A stretch of 64,000 nucleotides of DNA from positions 38,812,001-38,876,000 of the forward strand of contig NC_045138.2 of the NCBI RefSeq assembly GCF_008831285.2. The letters run 5' to 3'. The stretch comes from Nymphaea colorata (Eukaryota). Below are positions 53,601 to 64,000 of this stretch, piece after piece. The position numbers were made by a program, and so were the translations under genes. Position 1 is the first letter of the stretch; every line of letters begins with the position of its first letter. Below the pieces are notes generated by a model that was given only the letters and a program-made list of their open reading frames with translations, was not told where the DNA came from and did no database searches.

Positions 53601-56600
53601 ATCCGACAGACGGATTGGATGCAGCAGGAGGGAACCAGCTGCAGGGATCAACGCTGAAGTTCCAGTCCGTCTTGCCCAGCGTCCTAGCGATCTGCTGGAG
53701 GGCAGTCACTGCCACGTCCCCACATGAATTCAATCAGTCTCTTCAACGGAAGATCACAAAACGCCGCAAATGCCAACCAGCATGGCTGGATATGTATCTA
53801 CCCACATTAGTTCGGCAAGTTCGATTGGACCTACTTCATATTTTCATATCCTTTTACAGAAATTTCAGAAAATGCATCCGTATAACACAAAAACCAAAGA
53901 ACAGAACATATTCACGCGATAATATATAGACATACATATATAACATTGTATATTTGTTTTACGAAAAAGTTGCTAAAAAACGTACGAGTTTTCATACCAT
54001 ATGAATGTAGAATATCGGGGGTCCTTTGTGAATTTAAAATTTGAAAGAACTCAGAACAAATGACTGTCATGAACACATATGTATTTCCTTAACAGCATGA
54101 TAATCACACCACCTGCTTATTTTTTTCTGAGCTTATAAAATATGAATAAGATCAAGATATTATATTCCTCCTGTTGAGTTTAAATAGATGTTTACTTCTT
54201 AAAGAAAAGAAAAAGGAAATGATCTTGAACAAGAGACTGAGTAGTGGCTGTAGCTGTCTAAAGACGCAACCAAATGGTAACAAAGAGAAAAAGATTTTGC
54301 TCTCACTCATATCAAGACATACGCTCTTCCAGAAAGTCAAATACACTGTTCATCCGCTTAATAAAATAACATGAATATCTAGGATACGACAACAACCATA
54401 TTAAATAAAACAACCTTAAGCCCGCTGAAGGGCAGAAGGATCAACCTAAGTTTTTTGTAGAATCTTGACCAACTTATTAAAAGGCCTTTGACTTTGACTC
54501 GAGCTCATTTAGAATCCAACCATGGACCATTTCGAGGTATCTTTTTCATTGTTTGCTCAACAGTGGACAAACATGTTCATGATGGAATCGGTAAGATTCA
54601 ATTATTAACAACATCACATAATATTTCTGATTTAGTAAAGACACATGAATCCGAATCTATTAAGAGACTGAATCTGAAAGTGAATCCACGACCCGATTCA
54701 TTTGGAGTTTTGGATTCAATTTCAGAAATTCGAACCTTGGTACCAATTCAATTTTAAGAAATCTATTTCTAATGTTCACAGTTTTATTTTTAATATAGTA
54801 AGGAGGCGTTTGGCATTCCGCACCAAACCAGGTTTAAGGTGAGCTTGGATGAGTGGATTTGGTCAAACCCCAAAAGACTTAATGCTGGATGTGTCATCCA
54901 CCCACAAGAACTATTTAAAAAGAAACTTATCTTTGAGTCTGAGATAATAACTAAGTTTTCCATCCGAACACCCGTTGGGTACCGACCCAAATTGAAATTG
55001 TAACAATGAAGTCCAGAAAAGGAAACAATCCAATGATATTCCATGAAACTTGATAATGACAAGAACGGAGACTGGTTAAAGCTTATTCCATATGGACCCG
55101 ATGCCGTTCAATTCGAGCAACTCTGGTTGGGCGTATTGAGGAGGGACTGACAACGCGGGAGGATCGGATCTAACCTCGTGTCCGATGTTCGGAGAGGTGC
55201 TTGAGAGAGTCGATCATGCCAGATGGTACCGCCAGATCTTAGCACCCATGATTGCTAAGTGCAGGGACCTGATTTGCAGGCCGGGATAAGAAACCATGGC
55301 GGATTAAGCCATCTGTGTTACGAAGAAGAAGAAGGTCTTCTCACTGCATTTTGGGAAACTAAAGCGAACCTGTAAGCTTCTTGACGTGTACTCTAGAAAT
55401 TAATCAGTAAGAGAGACGGTGGGGTTTTGGGTTCACTGAGAAGAAAGGAAGCCTGCTTCCCATCTTTGGAAACCGATGACAAGAACGAAAAAAACAGAGG
55501 TGGGGTTGCCGCCGGACCGCCGGTCAATCTGGAATTGGTGGGTACCTTCTTTCGGATCCAAAACTGGAGACGTCAGCGCCGAACAGGGACGAGGAGCAAG
55601 CAAGAAGGCGATGAAGACGGAAGCAATGAAGAAGAAGACGGTGGGAGTTGCTTGAAGCTGCCGGCCGCCGTCACCACCACTACCCACGCCGCCGTTGTTC
55701 ATAGTCGACGATCTAATCTTTCTTTGATCACCAACACTAGTTTTACCGCTGCCCCAATGTCCTGCAGGGAGTTGGACTCTTGAATGGGTCTCCCCAAGTA
55801 GGCTCAACGAGTACACGGAGAAGGCGCCATCACCATAGAAAGGGATCTACTACATGTTTTTTCTCACTCTCTGTGAACTTTCATTTCCGATTCTCTTTAT
55901 TGGGGTTGCGTCTGCAATTATGGGGTAGGAGTTGGGGAAGATGATCGCAGCAGAAATTTTTCTCTTCTTTAAACGTCCTGTTAGGTAGTACAGCAGGGCA
56001 GCAGCAAAGGAATTTATTATTGCAGTAGAAAACAAAATCCTTTGGGTTTTAGATATGGAGAACACAGCACGCAGTGGCTGACCAAGGAACTGCGGGATCC
56101 ACAGAAGGGGCGCCCCTTTTTCAATCGTCTGCCGTGGCAGCATGACCCACATTGCCACGGGCTGCGTGCTTTTCGTTTTTCCCTTTTAACAGAACGAAGC
56201 ATCGTTTAATCCAACTTAGATTCGATGTTCGACTCAACCGGATATAAGAAAATGGACAAAGACAAAATTGATGTCCTATTAAGACTGCTGGTCAAGAAGT
56301 TTATATATGAAACGACACTCTAGTGGTTGAATTATAATTTTAACAAATTTTCTAATTTAACTGAAATATAATATAGTTTTTTTCTAAATATGAATTAATA
56401 TTTTAGATATCCAAAGAAATGGTATGATAAAATATATATCCTATTTCAATTGGATACATTGACCGTTTTCTTTTTCATTTTCTTGAAAATCTAGTTCTTT
56501 TCCACATTTTTTTCTCCTTTCCTATCCTAGCTCTCTTCAAGTCTCTGAGACGGTGGCTGACAATATGAGATCGGACGAGAGGCCGCCGAAGTCAGGTAGA

Positions 56601-58652
56601 AAAATGATGGCGGTGGTGGTGGTGGCGGCGGCGGCGGCGGCTGCCACCTGCCGGAGAAGCTTCATCCTCTTTTCCTTTAAGTTTTCAACATTAAATGTCA
56701 AGCGGTGTGCACTTCCGTTGATCGCCATTCTTTATTTGTCATTTAGGGTTGGTGCAATGGTTGGAATAGAATTGGTCAGTTATTGTTTTGATTTTTAGTA
56801 GCATCAACTCTTTGTCTGCAAAAGAAAGAACACTACTGATATCTAAATATTCACTCGAATAGTGGGATTATTAGCCTTCTGCTCACCCGAAATCTCATCC
56901 CTACACATTATTTGTTCTTCGGGCTAAACCGTTCATGTTTACAAAAATAAATGTTAACTCATCATTTATCAGTCCTAATCTTGCTCTTGTCAGCGGCCAA
57001 GGACATTGAAAGTAATTTAAACGTAATTAAAATATTCGACGTTAAAAAAGCATAAAAATGATAAAAACCAGACATCTAATACCCTTGAGTTGGCCACAAT
57101 CGAACGCACAAGGAATTGCTCATATTGGAGTTCGGGTTTACACCAAGTTTACTTGTTTCTTTCAACAAATCCAACATGCATTTTAATAAGCTCTGCTTAT
57201 AGATTTTCATTGTAATTAATTAATTAATTAATGGTTCCTGAAAACATTATAAAACATGGAGGATTTTTCTTTCTATCAAGTCAAAAGTGCGATTAAATTG
57301 AAGAAATTGTAATATAAAAAATATATGGAGCTACAAAGGGACCCTTACTAGCCACTAAAATATCCTTCTGGTCATGACTATGTCTGGCACATCCTCTTTG
57401 ACATTTTCATAGAATCCATGTCGGCCAAAATCTTAGCACTTGCCAAGTCAATCGAAATATGGAACTTAAGAAGAAATTACCGTTACCAAGATCTTCAACC
57501 AGTTAAACAGCAACAAAAGCCCAAGCTCATGGACTTGTGGATTTCGCGGCGGTCAAAAATAGGGTGCACTGGAAACAAAATCATTGGCTTTTGTGACGAA
57601 CAGCGGGTCTGCAGCTTGCCGCGATAAATAATTTATTATTTTTTGTTAAATAATTAATGAAATCAGAACTTGTGATTTTATTGTTTGTGAATATCTAAGT
57701 GCTTATATCCTGAAATTGGTGTAAACTAGACGCTTAGCGTCAGGATACAAAACTGACCCTCTAATTTTTTGTTAAAAAATAGTTTTAAATAAATGTGAAC
57801 ATCTTAATATATTGATAAAGCTATTTTAATACGAAAATGCTTTGATTCAGGTTGTTTTTATGAAAAATGTAGATTTTCTTATTATCAAAATGTTGATGCT
57901 ATGAGGGCGATTTATTTTTTATTATAAAAATACTATTAAAGCCTAACAAATGAACAACTTCATATATGTTTTGCATCAACCTGTTATTAAAGTTAAATTG
58001 CAATAAAAACATTTTAAGCATCAAAATTAAAGCGTCTACTTTTTTATCCCTCATAACCATCTGGTTTTTACCAATTTCTCCTTATATCTTTGCTGCACCT
58101 CATATATATATATAACAAAGGTGTATTCTTATAAGGATGTTCAACAAGTTGAACTAATTTGGGCTGGGTTCAAAGTCACTCATTTTGAACTTTGACTCCA
58201 GATCATATCGTTTGATAAATGGGACTAGTTCGAGTTAAAAAAGAAGAAGAAGAAATAGTTTAAGAAAACGAGCGGAGCCGAGCTAAGCAGACTTGATTTG
58301 TTAAACTCATGGAAATAGAATGTGTAAACTTACCATCATAAAAAAAAACACGAAGTGTTGCAATGGTGTTCTGCCTTGCTAGCAGGGACCAAGGCTGATC
58401 CTATCCGTTCAAGTTAAAGTATTGGTTTTCCTTTTTATATATATATATATATATATGAATGCTTAGCTCAACTTCGAGCTTAATCGAGTCGAATTCGAGT
58501 TTTTGAACTTTAAACTTAGCTTAATCGAGACCGTTCGAGTTTTTTTAACCCTGAACTGAGCTAAAGCTAATGAACTCAAGCTCCAGCGAATGAACTCAAC
58601 TACTCAAGCTCCAACCGAGCTTTTTTAATAGAAACAGGCACCGTGCACCAGT
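47649..58652. repeat. Segmental duplication unit 2 (RLK B and its upstream region)
   Basis: Near-identical to 30729-40974, plus three extra upstream segments (~56709-57139, ~57519-57621, ~58225-58471). Confidence 0.95.
48204..55702 (-). pseudogene. LRR-malectin RLK copy B: exons 1-18 only (no TM or kinase), 1-bp deletion in exon 12
   Basis: Exons 55702-55546, 53708-53555, 53461-53390, 53246-53178, 52220-52149, 52051-51980, 51883-51812, 50762-50691, 50616-50545, 50459-50388, 50293-50222, 50118-50048 (71 nt; AAAGCTAGATCC vs AAAGCTTAGATCC in A, giving a TGA at ~50097), 49932-49867, 49386-49321, 49203-49165, 49011-48953, 48855-48476, 48402-48204. Homology to A stops at 47649, inside intron 18. 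Confidence 0.85.
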
Positions 58653-59061
58653 CAAACAAAAAAAGAAACAGAGCCGTTTCTTTCGATGGTTGCCTAAATC
58701 TCAAAAAAAAAAAAAAAATTGTAATTTGTATTCAATCGATCATGTCATATACGATGTTCATAGGTTTAGTATGGTCAACTATACACAGTCTGTAGTTGGA
58801 AAGGCCAACGGTACATGCCGCAAGAAACTGATTCCTCAATCCGCACTCCCCTCAAGAAGTATGTTGAAGCACAGGAAGAAAACACCCATAACAGAGAAGG
58901 GGTTCTGTTCTGGAGCTTCATCGTTTTGGTGGTATGCCTCGAACGTGATCTACGTATTCTTTCAGAAACAAGGTTCTTTGTATCCACTTGTTTCTGTCGC
59001 AATGCTGCCCACCATCTGTGGGAACTCCACGCAATCAGGCATCTCCCTCACAGCAGTTGGC

Positions 59062-62000
59062 CTATGAAGATGGAGGGATTTCATGGAGACTTTCTGGTAG
59101 ACCGCGCTCACTCTCATCCTCTATAGGACCTGAAACGTAGGATCGACTCCATGGCATTTCTGCGGAACAGCTGGACGCCGGGACCTGACTGTTGCACTGC
59201 CACTCTGCTATTTTTTGCATTCGGCTGCTCAAGTCGGTAGCTGATACTCCTGGGGTTGGAAGAGGGGCCTGCACTGGTTCCCGGCCTTCAAGCATGCTCA
59301 CCACTGTGGACATTTTCGGTCGAAGCAGAGGGGATGGATTGGTGCACAGGAGAGCCACATTAAGCATTGTTAAGGCTTCGTCTTTCGAGTGGGTTGATTC
59401 TAGAGCAGGATCTACAAGGTCCAGCAGATTTCCTGTTTGCTGAAGAATACACGCCTAGGGAGAAAGAGTGATTAGCAAAGTGGAAAGATCAAAGGTATGA
59501 CTTTATCGGAATTCAAGGGGCACGTACTTACCCAGTCTAGAAGGTAGGCACCTTCTCCCAAATGCTTGAAGTTTACATTGTTCTGCCCACTAACAATCTC
59601 AAGAGCAACGACTCCAAAGCTGTAAACATCCGCCTTGTAAGTCAGATGACCACGCATGGCATACTCAGGTGCCATGTATCCACTGCAGTTGTGAGATTTA
59701 TATTGGGTGAGAGACAATTCATATGCCCAAATCAGCTGTACCACAAAAATGTCCCGCTTAAATGTAGCTAGGGTAGCATGTGTAATTTTAGAAGATGAAT
59801 CAAGCTGTAAGAAAGGCGACATGAAACAGGAACATACTTTCTCTTTTGCAGATCTGCTTTAAATTTTCTGCATTCTTCTTTCTTTTTTTTTTTAATAATC
59901 CTTGTTTGAGGATTCTTCCTTTAAATGATTGAACATATCGATTTTCCATTTTGTGCTTTACAAAATTTACGAATTTTGAAAGTTACTGCAAATTAATATA
60001 TCAATTAAATCTAGGGGCAGGCCGATGCTCCATACAATGTATACAAATGCCTGAATGTTGACCAAGCATCATCGCTGATTCTGCCAGTAACCAATGACTA
60101 ATCTCCAGCAAGACAGGGTAACTTGATAGGCACAAGCACATACCCTTCTGGTATTTCTCCTAATGACTGACAGAAGTATTGAACGTAATAAGCCAGTTTT
60201 TCTCGATCTAAGAAAGATGTTAGCAGGAAATGCAGCTGCTAATGGCTGTAACTGCACCCAGGATAACCAAGAATAGGAAGTACAAGAACGAAATATGTTC
60301 TAGCAACCAAGAACAACTAAGTTAAAGATTCAGAGATGTAAAGAACCTAATCTTGCGGCAGGTAACAGAAATGCAAAAATTCTAATAGCAGATCATTGAC
60401 AGAGAATTTCGACTAATGTTACACGAGTTTAAAGGAGGAAAACAATTAAACACTCAGGAAGCTATTGCTTGGTTAAGTGCTTGAGGTGTCAGTACAGGTT
60501 TAAGGGTTTGAGCCTCCATATCATCCGCTGGAAATCCAGACGGTTAAAAATCGTCTCTGGTCCAAGCACCGCTAATTATATCAGCTCTTGACTCAGTCGT
60601 TCATGGAGGCAGTATAAGATATTGAAATATGAATAGCTACCACCAGTAATTTTGTACTTCTGTTCTGAATTTAGAGAGGAAAAGTATGATAAACTGATAA
60701 GAAGTAAAGAATACAACTTACTAAGTTCCAGCTACGCGGGTGCTGATGTGGGTCTTCTCATCTTCATGAAGTTTGGCAAGTCCAAAGTCAGATATTTTAG
60801 CATTCAGATCTTTGTCAAGCAGCACATTGGTAGATTTGATGTCTCTATGTACAATCTTCAGAGTGGATTCTTCATGAAGATAAGCCAGACCTCTGGCTAT
60901 CCCAATGCAAATCTTGCGGCGTGTAGGCCAGTTCAGTTTCAGTCTCTTCTCTCTTGGACCTATTTAAATGAACCATCGCTATTAACACAGCTACTTGAAA
61001 CATTAGGAAAGAAAAGAATTGGGTGATTTAGAAGATGTTCATCAGCAAGCTTTACCAAAAAGTGCAATGGCAAGAGAATTGTTCTCCATGTACTCGTATA
61101 CAAGTAATAATTGCTTCCCTTCAGTGCAACAACCATACAGTTTTACAAGGTTTGGGTGTTGCAAGGCGGAAATCATTCCTATCTCTGTGACAAATTCATG
61201 GCTACCCTGCTTTGATTTGGAAGAGAGCTGCTTGACTGCAATAATAGTTCCATCTGACAGATGACCCTGCGTTTTTAAATATTCCTCTTTGATTAGCATT
61301 CTGCAGTCGCTTACATAGACTCAAGCAACTGCATCCAAATTAGTCAAACACCATGTTAATGGTTAAAGCAATCACCAGACTGACTGGGCAGATCCCTAAG
61401 CTATAACCATTATGGAGCATCACATTGCAGTATCACAGGATAGCACTTCACCTAGGCTGAAAGTCAGTCTCATGCAAGAAAACCAAAAAGGATAAAAGAA
61501 TGATTGGAGTCAGATTGGCATTGAGGCCCATGACCATAGCTTTACATTCCACTTAGCATTTGATCACATAGAAATTAGGACTATGAAATTCTCAAAACAT
61601 GATATTCACGAAAGGAGATTTTCCTTTCGTATAGCCATGTAATAAAAGCCTACTGGTTAGTGAGTCATGTCTATACCTTGTAAACTGATCCAAAACCTCC
61701 CTCTCCAATCTTGTTAGCTTCATCGAAGTTCGCTGTGGCAGCTTTAATCTGTTTCAAGGTGAAGGATCCGGTTTGGAGGTCGAGCCCCCGAAGTTCTGTA
61801 AAGGAAGCATGGTTGGAGGAAAAATGTTAACCCTGGAATTGAATATCAATAAAAACACAGGCTAGCATGTGAAGCACTCTTGAGCCGTCTGATATAACAG
61901 CAAATTGGTAATACACTCCATTATGTTGTATTTTATTCTCCAAGGGCTGTCAAGAAGATCTCTAATTTTATATAGTTATTCAGTATTTTTTTTCATCTCG

Positions 62001-62753
62001 TACCTCTACATAAAGAATCAAGACTGAACATATACCCCTAGGAGCATTAAGGGATTCTGGCTTGGTACAACTCTTAATCTCCTCTAGTTCTCTCCTCTTT
62101 CATCCTTATTTAACCAAGTCAACAGCAGATGGAAACATCCAAGTTGAGAGCAGGTGGACACAAGCTTGATCTAATGTGGCATTGAACCTACCATTAAAAG
62201 TACTCTTATAGCTTTTGCAAACTAGATGTTTTAGGACTCCCAAAAAAGTTTAGCAGATAAAAAATGGGTCTAGTACATTGTCAACTATTTATAGGGAAAC
62301 CTTTGTGAGGTGCATCAAACAACATCAATTTTCAGATACAGAACCTTCTATTCAACTAAGTTGAATTTATATGATCACAAAATGTTAATTTAACTTAAAT
62401 ACGAACACAGAAGATAAACAATAGTCCAACTGCAATTCAAAATCAAAGGCCAAAGCAGTAGAACCATGGACCTTAATGCATGTGATTGCAAGATGTGCTC
62501 TTACCTAGTTCATCTTGCTTATGCATCAGGATGCCCTTCTTCCAGAGTATGCCAATGATCAAGAATATCAACAAGAAGAGAGACATCACACTGGCCACAA
62601 TGCCGATGACAAGTTTCCTGTCAATACCTTCCTTGGGAGGATTAAATTCTTCCATATAGACCAGGCCAAAGAAACAACCATATCAGATAGTCAGAAAGTG
62701 CAATTATCAAGTCATGGAAGAGATTAACAATAAAAGTAATTTGTTTAAAATTT

Positions 62754-62787
<34 letters not shown>

Positions 62788-64000
62788 CCTGTTTCTCCTT
62801 TCATGCATACAGGTATAACAAGGCACAAAGTCAAGGACTTGCAGATTGGATTAGATGCTGATGTAGCCCTAAAATTCTCAATGCAGTGGTTATAAATTCA
62901 TGTGACATCCCAGAACTAGGATCAATTTCACAAGTTGCAGTTTTATATCATACGTGCTAGTGCAATCTAGTCTATACAGCCAACTGTTACGTCCAAGAAA
63001 CTCAGCCAAGGTTGCTTTGTCGCAGTTTTTTATGCCACTATACGTTATCAACATGTGATACCAAAGTTATTCTATTTCTCCACTCCACTCGCACATAAAG
63101 ACAACTAAATGATGCAGGAACCGGAGTTGCACCATTTCTTTCTTAACAGTTTACTGCATATTCATATGAATAGACAAAAAATTCAGTATTCCACATTTTT
63201 GATGATCACTGGAAAACCATACATACTGAGCACCATGTTCTTGTCCTAGACAGTGAGATCCTTCTCAAATATTTCCACATTGGTTACTGCATATTCATAT
63301 GACAACAAATTCAGTGTTCCACATTCTTGACGAGCACAGGAAAACCATATATACTTTAGCACCATGTTCTTGTCCTAGACAGTGAGATCCTTCTCAAATA
63401 TTCCACATTCCTTATCTGTTTTTTAAGAGGAATATGCACAGAAGGTGGAACTATAAAAATACATGGGAAAGCATAAAGAAAAGAACTTTTATTGAATAAA
63501 AGAGAGATACCAGATTCAACTGAAATAGCAGAAACCAGAGGACCATATGTTCCAGCATATGGCATTCCTGTAGTGCCTTTTCCAGCCCAAAAGAAGTGAA
63601 TCTCCAGTATGTTATTTGTTACGTTCACACTTTGAAATGTCCGAACGGTGGCCTTGTTGGAGCCATTGGCAGCCTCTTTTATATTGAAATCCTTGAGTTC
63701 TAGCTTCCCCTGCATTTCCATGATTAAATGTTAACTCCTAAAAGTTCTCCCAGAAACTGTTAAGCCAAACTTTTCTTACCTGAATATACACATCAAATAT
63801 ACGCTTCCCCAAGCTGGTATAATTTTTGTCATCTGTTATTACTATTTCAGAAAAGTAAAGCCTCACTGTGTAAGGTCCGTTCCACAGACATAGCCCATAG
63901 TATTTGAGAGAGAGTGGAGAAATTCGTGCTGTTCTGTATAGGTCTGGGTTTGGCATAGATAGTGTTGAGTTGGTGGAGACGGTGTATTCATCAGTGTCAT
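59062..64000 (-). CDS. LRR-malectin RLK copy C, 3' part (malectin, TM, kinase); 5' part beyond the window
   Basis: Exons (64000)-63780, 63709-63511, 62648-62505 (TM), 61795-61677, 61266-61056, 60959-60722, 59682-59532 and 59454-59062. Exon sizes equal those of copy A, the frame is open, and C is clearly more diverged from A than B is. Confidence 0.9.
63151..63409. repeat. Tandem duplication, ~2 x 130 bp, in copy C intron 18
   Basis: TTACTGCATATTCATATG...AGCACCATGTTCTTGTCCTAGACAGTGAGATCCTTCTCAAATAT occurs twice; the homologous segment is single in copies A and B. Confidence 0.85.

Noticed and set aside
1..64000. CRISPR arrays, rRNA/tRNA genes, intact transposase or gag-pol ORFs
   Set aside because: None seen; the regularly spaced 72-nt units are LRR exons.

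Overview
Flowering-plant nuclear genomic DNA (intron-rich genes, MITEs, microsatellites; not prokaryotic). In order: the 3' exons of a COQ3 ubiquinone O-methyltransferase (+), a 7-exon MACPF gene of the CAD1 type (-), plastid ribosomal protein uL13c (+), U1 snRNP protein C (+), then a minus-strand tandem array of LRR-malectin receptor kinases (LRR-VIII-2 type). Copy A is complete (24 exons, ~1031 aa, 26670-38812). Copy B is a near-identical, frameshifted copy lacking the TM and kinase exons (48204-55702). Copy C is an older paralog whose 3' half is in the window (59062-64000). A and B lie in a ~10-11 kb direct duplication (30729-40974 vs 47649-58652). Its two copies are separated by a 6.7 kb mosaic holding an intact intronless LTO1/ORAOV1 gene, a decayed three-exon gene of unidentified family, and an inverted 132-bp copy of CAD1 exon 3 taken from 34 kb away. 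The most unusual signal is this rearrangement: a decoy-like receptor copy, a captured exon, and an A promoter with clustered deletions and a template-switch palindrome. All exon models were read by hand from splice sites and frame; no databases were searched.
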